From assembly GCF_963921235.1 (NCBI RefSeq), contig NC_086097.1:226860001-226924000 (forward strand): 64,000 nucleotides of DNA, read 5' to 3'. Source of the stretch: Mobula hypostoma (lineage: Eukaryota). Both the position numbers and the translations under genes were made by a program. Below are positions 12,947 through 26,692 of the stretch, one piece after another. The notes under the pieces were generated by a model. It did no database searches. It was given only the letters and a program-made list of their open reading frames with translations, and had not been told where the DNA came from. Position 1 is the stretch's first letter, and each line of letters starts with the position of its first letter.

Positions 12947-13855
12947 TTAGATTGATTGGTGAATGTTAGATAACAAAGGAACTATATTTTGGATTTCAGT
13001 GCTGCATTTAGGACAAGTAAAGTAAGCATCAGATAGATAATTACTTTGAATGCAGTAATAACAAAAGACGTGCTTACAACCAATTACATGAGGCATAGTT
13101 GGCCAATCACCACAAATAGCACATTCTTTACAGTGGATTGATAGTGTACCATCATCGTCTTGGATATGGCCTACTGGAAGGAACCATGATGAAACAATTA
13201 CTTTCAGCTTTCTGGTATTAATCAGTGGCAGAAGAAATATTAAGAATTCGGCAAAGCCATGCCATAAAAGTTCCCGATTCATATATTCAAAACCAACTTG
13301 ACGAACACCTTGAGGTCTGCAGAACACAGCTCTGATTCCTATAAGTCGTTCTGGAAATGTGGCAAATCTACCATTCTGAAGAAAGATCAAAAAATTCAGT
13401 AGCCCAGCAACTTTCAGAAGTCCAAATGAAAAAGTTATGAAATATTTAAACTTGTGGATAATTGATTCTGGGGAACGACTACTAATTAAATCATGGGCTC
13501 TCTCTTGTAGCCATTTCCCTCCAATGGTACACAATGCATACCACAGCTTCTGACGTTTACTCATTGGTTTGTATTGTTGTCCCTGAGACAAGTCATTTTT
13601 ATATCTGATGTTCAGAAGTGTCTGGCCAACTGTTGCATTTTGAGAATAGACTGTAAATCTCCATAACAAAATTTGCAGGATTGCTTTCAGTTCTGGTTCA
13701 AAGTTTGTAAGCAAGCCAGGTTTAAAACATTGGAAACACTGGGCAAATTGGGACCACACCAGCTGTTCCAAGGCTCTATCCAGTTCAAAAGCATCCAGTT
13801 GGCTTATTCTTAGTACTGGAGGTAGGGTACTTAAGTTGTCTTCCATGGAATCCAT
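12947..13855 (-). CDS. PEX2: Peroxisomal biogenesis factor 2 (RING E3 ligase), 302 aa, CDS within a single exon
   Basis: Intact ORF with [56 protein letters not shown] and the C3HC4 [28 protein letters not shown]...CPKC. Splice acceptor (T-run, then GTAG; AG at 13869-13868) lies 12 nt upstream of the ATG, consistent with the vertebrate layout of the CDS in the last exon. Confidence 0.97.
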   Translation of the reverse strand: MDSMEDNLSTLPPVLRISQLDAFELDRALEQLVWSQFAQCFQCFKPGLLTNFEPELKAILQILLWRFTVYSQNATVGQTLLNIRYKNDLSQGQQYKPMSKRQKLWYALCTIGGKWLQERAHDLISSRSPESIIHKFKYFITFSFGLLKVAGLLNFLIFLQNGRFATFPERLIGIRAVFCRPQGVRQVGFEYMNRELLWHGFAEFLIFLLPLINTRKLKVIVSSWFLPVGHIQDDDGTLSIHCKECAICGDWPTMPHVIGCKHVFCYYCIQSNYLSDAYFTCPKCSTEIQNIVPLLSNIHQSI

Positions 13856-16406
13856 GTTTTCACAAATCTACAAAAAAAATTGAAACATCAATGACAGACA
13901 AAACAAATATGAAAAAACTACTTACCAAAATTATGTAATGATATGTAATAATAGTAAACCTTAACACATCAAGTTCAGCAAGTTCAGATGTCTCAAACTG
14001 CTTCACAGGCAATGAAAATCATTTAAAATGAAGTCACCATTGTAAGAGAGGGAAAACATAGTGGGCAATGCACGCAAGCTCCTATAACCAGCAATATGAT
14101 AATTTTAATTCTCTCCTACTTTTCTTTAAGAGGGTGCTCATAATTCTACATATTCACAGAAGAAGACAAGGTCTAAATCTGGCATCTCATCCAAATTAGG
14201 GTCTTAGTTTAACATCTCATCTAAAAGCTAACATCTCTGACAGTGCAACATTTCCCCAGTACTGGAATGAAGTGTCATACTTGATGAACATTGTTTGTAT
14301 CAACCGATAGTTCAAATATTAGTCACAGTTCTACAAAATATTTGATTACTATCTAGATATCTGCCATATAAAATTAAAGGCAAAAAAAGTACTGTACACA
14401 AATGCAAGGTGCTGCTTTACAGAAATTCATTTTAATAGGAGTCAGTTACTGGCACTACTGGATCCCACTGAATACCCATGTCATATGGCAACATAGGTTC
14501 CATTATTGGGACAGCCAAACATTTAATTACTTAATTTAGAACACTTTCTTCACCACATGTGCTTGATACAAATACATTCTTGGCTAACCACGTTCCTTGG
14601 AGGATGCTGTACAGCGAGATAATTTGAGCTATGAGCTAAAATAAAACAAAGAAACTACATTACTAATTTTAGTCAAAACGACAAAAGTTACTTCACTTTG
14701 AAGCTAATTAACTGATCAGTTTTGATAAGTAATAACATATTTTACAATCAATTGAAAGCAAGTGCTTTCAGTTACATCCCATTGTGTGAAAATCCTGAAT
14801 TTAGTAATGATCTTGATTTTATATAATCCTTTCAATTAAGGATAGCATTCCAAATTAGTTGGAGGCATAAACAAAAATATGCACCCAAAATTATAGTTAG
14901 AAGGAAGAGAAAAAGCAGAGCAAAAGGGATGAGTTCCAAAATAGTCATAAAGGGGAAGATGGATTGGGAGAGATAAAAAGGTTTTTGGTCTTTATACCAA
15001 GGTGAGCTGAAACATTTGAAATCATGCTGCTCGGGTCATACTGCTGCTGCAAAACAACAAATTTCACAACATATGTCAGTGATTAAAAAGACCTGATTCT
15101 GACTCTGCTTAGGTCAAATGGAGGAATGAATGATGCACAACATTCTAGAGTTCATAGAAAAAAAGGATAGGAGAAATGTTGTTGTTGGAACTGTGATAGA
15201 GTAGGGCCACAGAGGGATTTAAACACAAGGTTGAGAATTTTTAAGTATGTGGCTGAGAACCAAGAGTAAATGCAGATCACAGGCAAGTAGGACTTGGTTT
15301 AGCAATGGTTCTGCATGGACTGAAATTTTAGATATTTCGGGGCAGCTAGGAAAGCACTGGAATAATAAAGGTTAAAGTGTTTGATGAATAACCTTAGTGA
15401 TAAGCAGTCATAATGATGGAGAACAAGTAAGAATATCAGGATTTGAGAGAACATCAAGGCCTCCAGTATTCTGTTTAAAAAAAAAAGCTGTATTTGTGGA
15501 AGATGTCAAAATAGGTCAAGGCATAAATACTGTTCCAGAATAGCTCCCTTGTTTTTCTCAGATCAACACTACTCATAGGTCAGACAGGATGTTGTTTTAA
15601 TGTCAGTCTGAAAGAAGGCATCTTTGAGAATGCAGCTCAACTCCTTTAAGTTTGAACTGTGCTCAGTTCTATGGAGTCACTTTTGTATAGCCATTTTAAT
15701 ACTGAAACCAGATTCCTGAATGGGAAATAAAAGTAACACCTCGCCTCATCCTCTGGGACTGGTACCAACTGTTTCTGGGGCATAAACAAAAATGCACCCA
15801 TATAGTTAGTCCAGATTAATTCACCACAAAAGCTTTAAAACTTTTATCATGAAACAAATGATGCCTGCCATTAAAAAATGTGAGCATTTTACTTTCAGCT
15901 TGGAAAAACTAACAAGACTGTCATAAAATTTGGTAGTACCATTTATTTTTAATGGTATGGTATTAGTAGCCTTTGCTTGTTAAATGGTATCAGTATTATT
16001 GGACTCAGATCATACCTAGAGTAAATCAGTGCCAAGCTGAAATAAGACAACTAAAAAGCATTGCATTAAATTCAGGTTCTGAAAACATTAATCATTTGAA
16101 AAAGAACATCATCTGAAGCAAATGATGAAGAAACAAATATACAGACATGGTTAAAGAATTTATATTGAGCAAGTCTGAAACCATTAATGAGATAGAGGTG
16201 AAAGTGATTTACTTTTTAGCCCATATGTTAAGGAAAGCAGTTATTGAAAATAAACAAATTGATTATTTTTTTCTTGAAAGAAATTCAAATGATGTGCAAT
16301 TGTTGCATTTGGCTACTTGAAGCTATATTGTACTAAATCTAAACAAAGGTACAGTCTTCTGGAAATGTTAGCAGACAATATATTGATGGAGAATATTATA
16401 ATACAG

Positions 16407-16705
16407 TGTGGGCATGTGGCCATGTGGTTAAGGCATTCTGAAGGTCGTGAGTTCGAGCCCCAGTCGAGGCAGCGTGTTGTGTCCTTGAGCAAGGCACTTA
16501 ACCACACAGTGCTCTGCGATGACACTGGTGCCAAGCTGTATCGGCCCTTGCCCTTCCCTTGGACAACATCGGTGTCATGGAGAGGGGAGACTTGCAGCAC
16601 GGACAACTGCCGGTCTTCCATACAACCTTGCCCAGGCCTGCGCCCTGGAGAGTGAAGACCTGCCTGGTGCAGATCCATGGTCTCACAAGACTAACGGATG
16701 CCTTA
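16407..16705 (+). mobile_element. tRNA-derived V-SINE with perfect 12-bp TSD
   Basis: A-box-like TGGCCATGTGG, B-box GAGTTCGAGCC, V-domain-like GTGTCCTTGAGCAAGGCACTTAACC. TSD ATTATAATACAG at 16395-16406 and 16706-16717. Confidence 0.85.
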
Positions 16706-17231
16706 ATTATAATACAGCCACCACACCTGAACCAACAGTGAAGTGATGAAAATTCGGTGAATCACAGTGCCAATTTAGGAGAAAGGCAAAGAACACGGGT
16801 AGATGCTACTATGCCTTGAAAGTTACTTGGAAATGATGTATATAAATAGGTAGTTTGTACTGGAGATTTGTTTGGATTTAACTTTCAAACAGAGCCAGAA
16901 TCAGACTGGAGCTTAAGGACAATGTCGCTTTTGATTTACTTTGGGTCAAATTGGGTATCCATTTACAAAGAAAGTTTTTCATTTTATATATACTCTCTTA
17001 CCTACCTGCAAGCGTTTATTTTGGGTACATTTATTTATAAAGAAGTGGACCTATCAGATCCAACCTGAGTCTAAGGAGTTGTAATAATTTTATTACCATA
17101 GTCACCCCAAACTTGACATGTATACTTGGGTCCTGTTGGGTTTGATTCAGGCAGCCGGGCTGAATTAGCACTATTTCAAGATACACCCCTCTCCTGCTAC
17201 TCTTGATATGTCATTGGTACTTGAGTAGCCA

Positions 17232-18056
17232 TGTAAGTATAATGCCCTGGTTAAGTAGAGCTACTAGGACTTACTGCTATGCTGTAAGGTATTTCATTGT
17301 AGCAGTTTTCTGCAAAAGCAGTGTGACCTGCTGGTAGTATGTTTTGATTTCAGCTAAAGAAGCCCTGTCGTTCAGCTTAGGAATGATGTGTCTGCCAATT
17401 AGGATGGTGGGAACTGAAGAAGGTTCGAGAGAGAGTGGGGTGGAGAGTTTTCTGAAGGACCGTACTGTAGTTTGAGATCTGTTGGCAGGAGCTGCGGAGT
17501 GGGACCAAAGGGAAGATGCCGCAGAATGTTGTTGGAAGAACAGTCCCCGCTGTGAGAAATGCTTTGTGCAGATGAATGGCTCCAAGGAGGAAGAGGGGGA
17601 GAGAATGAGAATTTGCTTGAGAATGGTCTTTGAGGGGAGATCGAAAATGCAGCAGGTGTTTTCACGCAGACTGTGGGGCTAGTGCATGAGTAAGAGAATA
17701 TTCCAGTATGAGCTCCAATGGTTGTGTGCACATTGGACTGGTTTAACTGTTATGCACCCTTTTATTTTATTTTTCCTATTAACCGATAAAGCTGAAATTG
17801 GTATATATACTTTCTTTACAATCTTATGTGGTGTACAATCTGCTATTGTGTTTGGACAGTATTTGCACATCATTTGTTCAATTCAAAGTTCCATTAACTG
17901 GAACATCCCTGTTTTCCTGTTTGGTCGAACCCCAAATCACACTGACCCTAGACGTGTATTGTTTATAAAGGTTGCCTTCTCACTGCCGAGTCCCATGGCT
18001 GTTAGGCGAGTTAGCTATCACGTCAAGTTTGCATACGAGCCGGTGAGAGGATTACG
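17232..18056 (+). mobile_element. Probable solo LTR related to the LTR at 4114-4616
   Basis: Starts TGTAA and ends GGATTACG. Shares motifs with the 4114 LTR: ATAAAG, TGGTGTAC..TCTG.TATT, and ACGAGC.GG...GG.TTAC at the 3' end. TSD not clean. Confidence 0.55.
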
Positions 18057-21000
18057 CAAGGTTTGAAGAAATTATCAGCAATTGCTCATATCACCTCCTT
18101 TCCAAACTCCTTCCATGGTCTGTTTCAAGTCCTTCGAGAATCTCTCTTGCTCTTAGCAGAAGCACAACTGCAAAGCTATTGTGGAACAAGATCTGTTTTA
18201 GGAGAAAAAAAATCCCCTTAATACTTTAATGATTTGTTGAGTTTAGAAAGTTTGTGTTTAGCTAACATTGAAGTAAAATTCTTTGTTAATCCACATTAAA
18301 CAAATACTGTCAGAGGATTTCCACACTATTTTTAAGTCAGCAATTTTATGCTGTATTACTACAAGCTCCAGCAATAACGCTTATCGTCTAAATATATATT
18401 TTATAACTTATTAACTACAACAGTATTTAACTGTGGGAACTTCCCTTGGTATTTTTTTCCTCAATGCAGTTATTGAGTAGTTTACAAATTATGAATTAAT
18501 ACATTTTATTTGGGAGCATATTATTGACAGAAACCCATCAATAGTAATGTGGCTATTGTCAGTAGCTTGTCAATATTAATGCAGTTATGATTTAGAGATC
18601 ACACAGATGTAAGGCAGGCAGAACGATGTTTTCCCACAGGCTTCTATCAATAGCTACATTTCTATTGACAAGCTCCCAGGATGTACTTGGGGATCTATTA
18701 CCATCAGAGTTTTCTGTCAATAGATTTTCCTTGTATATAAAAAAACATCTAAATTTTCAAAGCTCAAGCTTATGGAGAAGCCAGTTTTGTTACAGCCACA
18801 TATACTACAGGTAATTCCAACAAAGTATAAAAAATAAGCATTCTACCTAGGTTATTGACAGCATTAAGCCAAGAAATAGACTAATTCAAAAGTTATTAAA
18901 AACAATACTACTAGATGTTGTAATTGCACTACTCATTATGCAAGGAAAAAACAGCTCTTACTGTTGTTTAAAAAAATTCTATCTTGCTCTTAAGTGAGAG
19001 GAAAATGAAGAAAATACATTCTTGAAATTATATTAGTTTGAAGTATTGCAAAATCGTTGTGACATGAATAACTTTTTCCACGCTCAGGTTCCAAGAAAAT
19101 TTTAATTGTGACAATGTTTTCAATCATTGGTTACATGTACAGTTTTGTGCTGATATTAACAAACTTGACAAAATTGCAATGGCTTACAATTTAATGTTGA
19201 AATGATCATGAGTCACTGTGAGCAACTAGGTACATTTGTCACCGACAAGTAGCTGATCCTGAGCATTTATCCTTGCACAACTTTCATAGTCACAGACCTC
19301 AAATCCCAAAATGTTCTATTTATTCCAAATATTTTCTGTCTATTAACTAATCCTTACACCAGACAGATATTAACCCTAATAGTGAAAGATCTTATTTTGT
19401 ACAAAATTTTCATGTAGCAAATAACTGAATGCCTTCTGCATATTCAATTATACTGTGTATACTAAATTCCCTTAGCTAGTCCGCCAGACACACACCTTTG
19501 GAAAAAAATTCTCTGTAAGGATATCACTTAATAACATGTTGACTTTCTCCAATAATAATCAGGACTTTGTCCTGTTGAAGGACCTTAGCCAGAAATATCT
19601 GTTAATTCCCCTTCATAGATGCTGCCTGACTTGCTGAGATCCTCCAGCATTTTGTGTGTGTTATCCAATAATATTGTGATATGTTAAGTTGTCAGTACAG
19701 ATACAATGCCTAGCCTTAAACAGTGCACTAGAAACAGCCTTCTCTTACCAATTCTATCCAAATACTTCCTAAACCTAAACACATGCCCCACTGAGAACCA
19801 TTTCTGTATCCCAATGGGTCCATGACTCTCTTCTGCAGCCCTGTGGCTCAAAGGAGTTGTTGAAAAATTATAAACCATACGCCTTTATTTCACTTCTATG
19901 CCACAGAATGCAACTGGTCCATTCCCCAGAGTTGTATTTATGAATCATCTACTTCACAGTTCTGACACTGACAGCAATCTAATATAAATGCTTCTCTGAT
20001 AAACTAATTGATGAAGCACCGCTGCCACCCAGAGATGCTGAGAGCCATAAGTAGTACTTTTCTCTAGCAATTCCACAGCCATTAACCAAGATTTTGCAGT
20101 AGTAAAGTTCATGTGTTCATTTTTCTGTGCAACAGAAAGCAACCATAAAATTTTCACATGAAAAGTTTAACGCAAAAAAACCCTCAAGTTACTGTCAGTG
20201 GATCAACACACTTTCTTATGGTGAAATGTTTGCGGCTTTTTTTAGTATATTCAACCTGAAATTAAGCTTTGGCAATAAGGTCTGATTATCAAACTCACTA
20301 TTCTAATGGCATATTGTAATATTGTGTTTCAATGACATAATATCTAATAAAGTCTTAACCAATGTCTAACACAACTTTTTTTTACATTTTATTTCTTTGC
20401 ATGAATATTTCAAAACATGGGATTTAAAGCAGCAGCTTCTTCAATCATAAGAACATGCTTTACTTAGTATGTTACAACATTTGGTAAGTTAAAGCTTCCA
20501 TTTCTTGACTGTGCGATTGGATGCAGAGGCAGCTTAAGAACATTCTTCTTGAATTGATGACCAACAGGTCTCAGAATGAGAGAATTTCTCAAAGCAAAGA
20601 TGACCAAAACCTGTTTATTTCTAGTCAGTGTAAAATGCAGCAACTTTACTAATGACGACAAATAGGTAAATACTGGATTTTATTTGCGGGGACCTAGCCT
20701 TACCCTATTTTCCCTCCCAGCAAGAAGATTTTAAGGATTTGTCTTGTAGGGAAAAGAATAATTGAGGGCTAATAACTAGTAAATAGGGATATGGATTGTG
20801 CTAGAGACAACCACAGACAAAGCCTAGAAGTAGAAACATGGAATGCAGCAGAGAGGACACCCAAGTTTTAGAACTTCACTTATTATGTTATACACAGCCC
20901 CGTTGTTGTAAAAGAAAATTGGGATTGCTATTAGACTTGAGCATAACTATTTTATTCTGTATCAGGACCTAGACCGTTACTTAAGTTGTCCTGTAGACTC

Positions 21001-22752
21001 CATTCTGTTATTAAAATGTAATTATTCTGGTAATCTTGTCAACTGAGAATATAAAAGCTGCACCAAAATCATGCTCAGATAGTTCAGCTTTAAATGGTCT
21101 CCTGGTGCATACCAGTTTTTAATAAATTGTCCATTATTTTGTGCACCAACTCCAGGTAGCCTTTCAGTTTGTTCCTATGATTTGTACATACTGTAAAAGA
21201 ATCGTTCTTTATATTTAAATCATATTAATCTTACATTTGTAATGCCTGCTTTGTCTTTTTCATTTTAATCAATATTCATTCAGGTAACACCAGATCTGGC
21301 TACCTTTTCCGACCATCTACTCGAAGACCTCCCACTATACAATTGTTTTGTTCTGTCATCTCATTATGCACTCACAGTATCTGCACTAAAATTGCATGTT
21401 TATACATCTTCTGCTTTGATTTAAAAAAAATCAACAAGACCTTATATCTCCACATGTAATAATTCAAAAAGGTTTCTTCGTGTTAAATTATAAAAAAATA
21501 AATAACTTCTTAATTTTCTCTTCAATTTAAAACAGCAAAGTTTTCAAGTTCTGCTTATTGCAATAAATGTTAAAGTAGTTAAATATCAACCAACAGATGT
21601 CCTTGCCAAGAGCCAAAATTAATTTACATAATCTGATTATTAGAATACCAGAACAATGACAAAATTTGGAACAGTAACAAAATACTGACAAATATAAAAG
21701 CGGAGTAAAAAGATATACTTATTGTAATATGTAATATATACATTTTCCATATGAAGGCTAAAAATAAGTAGCTCAACTGGGAATGGAGGATTCAAAATAT
21801 TTGTTTAAGAAAAAATAATAGCTGAATCCAATTACTATAATTTTCTCCAAGTATCGTCACTATTTTACAGCAATACTCTTGGGAGACTGAAAATTGATAA
21901 TGTTCTCACTACTTTCTCCAGGTGGAAAATATTACTCAAATTATTTGGCTGGAGGCAAAACGTGCTATTACCCACATAAACTCTAGTAGAACGCAATTCT
22001 GGTCATTACAAAATTACTATCACTTTTTCCTGTTCACAACTAACAACGCATTTCATGGGGAAAAGAAAATTGACTAAAATACAGATTGGGAGAACTGCTT
22101 CCTGGAATATACTAATTGCTTTAACAACTTTTGATTCGAACTTTAAAGAAAATCTGGCTTCTGGCCAATCTAAAGTCATAAGAGAAAAGTGATTTCAATG
22201 CTGAACATGAATAATGGGACCAATGAGCTAGGAGAAATGAAGCTGAGTATTAGAGGATTTTAATGGAGAAGGGAGAAAAGGGTAAAGTAAGTAACTAAAC
22301 AGAAATAAATATTGACGAAAATTGAGAATGAGGGGAAAAAGAAATAGGCATGAGTATTTTTCTGATCTTAGTTTCTGTACTGTAATCTTCTTACAAACAA
22401 TTTTAATTTCAAAACTCCACACTCATGCTTGTTACTAAAACAATATGCTGCAAGTCTTATTCCTTAATTACTCTATTTACTATAAATTAGAAATGGTGTA
22501 AAATTATGAGTGTGCTCATAGATTAATACAGTTAACATTTTTGAAAGGTTATACAGTGATTATTTCCAAGATCATATATCATTTTGAACTTCAGAAGGAG
22601 TTAAAAACTTAAGAGGGCCTTGTAGAAGTTTATAAAACCATTAGGGGCATAGATAATATGAATTGTCAGTGTTTTTCCCACAATAGGAGAGCTCAAGACT
22701 AGAGAATATGGGTGAAAATTGCAAGCTTTAAAGGAGACTGAGGCCAGATCTT

Positions 22753-23103
22753 TAGATAGATAGATAGATAGATACTTTATTGATCCTGAGGGAAACTGGG
22801 TTTCGTTACAGCCGCACCAACCAAGAATAGAGCATAAATATAGCAATACAAAAACCACAAACAATCAAACAACAAAATGCAAACTATGCCAGATGGAAAA
22901 TAAGTCCAGGACCAGTCTATTGGCTCAGGGTGTCTGACCCTCCACGGGAGGAGCTGCAAGTTCGATGGCCACAGGCAGGAACGACCTCCCGTGCCGCCCA
23001 GTGTTGTATCTCGGTGGAATATGGCCGAAGTCCAACAGTAAAAAGTTCAATATCCAGTCTGCAAACACGTTCCTCGATCATAAAATGACCTGGATTGCAC
23101 CAG
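22753..23103 (-). mobile_element. Rex1/Babar LINE 3' end with (TCTA)n tail, inserted in an old CR1 fragment (about 22600-23290)
   Basis: Reverse complement matches 30420-30652 (GGAGGGTCAGACACCCTGAGCCAATAG...GGATCAATAAAGTAT). GATA repeats at 22753-22774. Confidence 0.85.
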
Positions 23104-23324
23104 TGGTTGTTAAAGGGTTGTTGGTGCCAAGGAAGTGGTAGAACCATGTGCAATTACAATTAAAATATATTTTGCATTAATATGATAAATATTAAGGGAT
23201 ATGGGCCACATGCAGGTAAATGGGACAAGCTCAAGAGGCAACTTTGGTCTACATGGATTTTGGGCACTATGACCTGGTTCTGTGGTGTACCAAAAAGGAT
23301 ATATCAGTAAACAAGCTGTACGAA

Positions 23325-25440
23325 AACACACACAAAATGCTGGAGGAACTCGGCAGGGCAGGCAGCATCTGTGGAAATGAATAAACGGTTGATGTCTCAG
23401 GCAGACACCCTTCTTCAGGGCTGGAAAGAAGGGGGAAGACACCAAGATAAAAAGGCAGGGAGAGGGGAAGAAGACAAGCTAGAAGGTGATAGATGAAGTC
23501 AAGAGGTGGGAAAGGTAAAGGGCTGGAGAAGAGGAAATCTGATAGAGGAGAGTGGACTAGAGGAGAAGGGGGCATGAAGAAGGGTTGTAGTCAGGTGAGA
23601 AGAGGTAAGAGGCCAGAGTGAGGAATAGAAAAAGACAGGAAAGAGAGGGAATTTTTTTTTACCAGAAGGGGAAATTGATGTTCATGCCATCAGGTCAGAG
23701 GCTACTCAGATGGAATATGAAGTGTTGTTCCTCCACCCTAAAGGTGGCCTCATTGTGGAACAAGAGAAGGCTGTGGACTGACATGCCAGAATGGAAATGG
23801 GAATTGAAATTAAAACGTTTGGCCACCGGGAAGTTCCACTTCTGGCGGATGCAGGGGAGGTGTTTGATGAAGTTTTTACGACTGGTCTCACCAATGTAGA
23901 GGAGACTGTATCAGAAGCACCAGATACAACAGACAACCTCAAAAGATTTGCAGGTGAAGCACTACTTGGGGCTCTGAATAGAGATGAGGAAGGTAGTGAA
24001 TGGCTGGGGGCAGCACTTTGGCCACTTGAAGGGATAAGTGCCAGGAGGAAGATCAGTGGGCAGGGACAAACAGACAAGGGAATCATGGAGGGAGCGTGAT
24101 CCCTGTGGAAATCCATAAGATGTAAAGATGTGGTTGTCGGGTGCGGGGGTGGGGGGAGGAAAATAAAGATGTTTGGTGGTTGAATCCTGTTGAGGATGAT
24201 GGCATTTGCAAAGAAAGATGTGTTGGTTGTGGAGGTGTATTAGGTGAGGACAAGAAGAGCTCTATCCACTAAGGTAGCGGGAAGCTGGGGTGAGTGCAGA
24301 TGTCCGGGAGATGTCAGTGGTGGAGGCAGATACACTCGTGAAGTTTAAGAGACTACTAGACAGGTATATGGAGGAATTTAAGGTGGGGGGGTTATATGGG
24401 AGGCAGGGTTTGAGGGTTGGCACAATGTTGTGGGCCGAAGGGCCTGTAATGTGCTGTACTATTCTATGTTCTATGTTAAATGGCGGGGTTGTGGGTGAGG
24501 GCAGCGTCAGGTAGAAGGAAAACACAATTCTTTGAAGAAAGAGGACATCTCTGATGTCCTAGAAGGGAAAGTTTTATCCTAGGAACAGATGCGACAGAGA
24601 TGAAGGAACTGAGAAAAGGGAGTATTATTTTTACAGGAGACAAAGTGGGAAGGGGTATAGTTAAGATAGCTGTGGGAATCGGTAGGTTTAATGATGTTGA
24701 TAGTTTATCTCCAGAGATGGTGACAGAGAGATTGAGAAAGGGGAGAGAGGAAATAGACTAAGTGAATTTAAGGGTAAGGTGGAAGTTAGAGGCAATGTTG
24801 TTGAAATTGACGTGCTCAGAATGGTACATGAAGCAGCATTAATACAGTTGTTAATTTAGCATAGGAAGAGTTGAGGAGCACTACCAGGAAAAAATTGGAA
24901 GATGGCTGTTTTGTGGAGCTAACAAGAAGGGCAGCATAGCTGGAGCCCATGTTACCCCTTCAATTTGGAGAAAGTGGGAGGAGCCAAAGGGGAAATTGTT
25001 GAGGGTGAAGACCAGTTCTGGCAGACGGAGGAGAGTGGTGGTAGAGGGAAACTGATTGAGTCTTTTGTTGAGAAGGAAGCAGATTTAAGGCCTTGAAATG
25101 TATAATGAAAGGACATCCATAGTGAAAATGAGGCGATCATGGCCAGAGAACTGAAATTTGTTGAGGAGATTGAGAGCTAAAGAAGTGTCATGAATGTAGG
25201 TAGGAAGGGACAGAACCAAAATGGAGTCGAGGTATGCAGACACGAATTCAGTGGGCAGGAGCAGGCAGAGACTGTGGGCCTACCAGGACAGTCAGGTCTG
25301 TGGACCTTGGGTAGGAGGTAGAAATGAGCAGTGCGTGTTAAGGGAATGATGAGTTTGGTGGCAGTTTATGGGAGTTCTCCAGAGTTGATGAGGTTAGTGC
25401 TGGTGTCAGAGAGAATTTTCTGATGGTTGGAGTGTGTCCT
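23325..25440 (-). mobile_element. Degenerate Penelope-like element (RT region to 3' end) with a small CR1 3' piece inserted at about 24310-24477
   Basis: Reverse strand gives KPTDSHSYL (~24660-24690) and MGSSYA (~24935-24950). 3' region homologous to 44540-45325. Degenerate hammerhead core near 23385-23422. Confidence 0.8.
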
Positions 25441-25995
25441 TTAAGGGGCAAGGCAAAGCATACAGAACAGATTTTTAAGTTTCTGAGGGAGATGGTAAGG
25501 TGATTCTGCATTTAAAAATAATTTCTCTGTTATGAAAGAACAAAATATTTCGATTATCAGAGACAGGAGAGACTACTTATGCCAGAATCCGCAGCATTTT
25601 GCCGGAGGAACTCTGCGATTCGAGCAGCATCGGAGGTGGGGAGAAACTAGAAATTTCGGCTCGAAACCCTACATTACCAATTATTACTTATATTAAAATA
25701 CGGTTGTTTGGTAGTAATTTGGTATCACTTACCCAAAACATCAAGGTTACTAGCTATAAAATACGTGCAAAAACAAGCAAATCAAATTTGTAACAGATGG
25801 TAAGCAGAAATGCCCCATAATACCGCAGGTAGGCCTTAGCTTAATTCAACGTCCTTTTTGAATTGACAATCAGACTCGAACGCTGAGGCCTATTGTGCAG
25901 GCAGCAGTGGCGCTAAGCAGCAAAGCGCATAAAGGTATGGAGAAGATAAAAACCCGGTAAATTAGACACGCTTCGCCGATTGCAAGACCTTTTAC

Positions 25996-26100
25996 CTGTC
26001 ATCCACTCCAAGAAGGCGACCCGCACTCTCGGAGCGGGGCAGCCAATCGGAAGCGCCAATTTGTCACGTGCACGCAGCTTTCCCCGATGTAAACACCGGA
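25996..26100 (-). other. PEX2: Candidate non-coding first exon of PEX2 (5' end unknown)
   Basis: Minus-strand donor CAG|GTAAAA at the edge of the CpG island. It is the nearest island upstream of the PEX2 acceptor at 13868. Intermediate UTR exons cannot be excluded. Confidence 0.45.
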
Positions 26101-26536
26101 GGTCCTGCTCAGTTCGCGTCCTTTGGTGTCCAAAGCAACGCAATCCATGTGCAGCTTGACCCAGCTCCGCTGCGGACTGCGCCACTCTGTCTGCCTCACG
26201 CTGCGGGCTGCTCGTTTGTTGCCCGGTCGTGACAGTGACGTATGCGGCCCCGAGCGACCCTTTCCACCAATGAGAGCAGGGGGAGCGGCTGTTCCGCGAG
26301 CGCGTTCCGTTGATTTCAAAATTTGGGGGGGGAGGGTGCGGGGGTGCGCACCGGGTGATGGTCGTCGGCCCCTGGGCTGGCTGGAGGAGTTTGGTATGCT
26401 CCGGCTATCGGAGAGGAGCAGCCGTATGGGAGACAGGGCGCTGGGCGAGAATGTCGGTCGCTCCGACAGCGGGTTAGTGAAATGCGGTGATGCTGCTGCC
26501 GCCGCTGGCATTGACGATGGTGGTTGGTGGCGGGAC

Positions 26537-26692
26537 ATGGACCTGTTAGGAGCGGGAGTCAGGAAATCGGCGTTATCTCCAGCGTCGGGAGTCAGGCAAA
26601 ACATGAAGCACTTGTTGAGCGAGCTCAAAGACATGTACGAAGAAAAACTGAGACATATGGGGAATAAAGATGAAAGCAAAGATACGCTAAAG
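26537..26692 (+). CDS. Coiled-coil gene, coding exon 1 (start uncertain: in-frame ATGs at 26396, 26426, 26537, 26603)
   Basis: MDLLGAGVRKSALSPASGVRQNMKHLLSELKDMYEEKLRHMGNKDESKDTLK. Kozak-like GACATGG at 26537 and a phase-0 donor AAG|GTGAGC. Confidence 0.75.

Noticed and set aside
13868..13925. Strong minus-strand donor G|GTAAGT just upstream of the PEX2 acceptor
   Set aside because: Would give a 58-nt intron, shorter than is usual for vertebrates. No other support.
16407..16480. tRNA gene
   Set aside because: A and B boxes are present but there is no full cloverleaf. It is the head of a TSD-flanked SINE.
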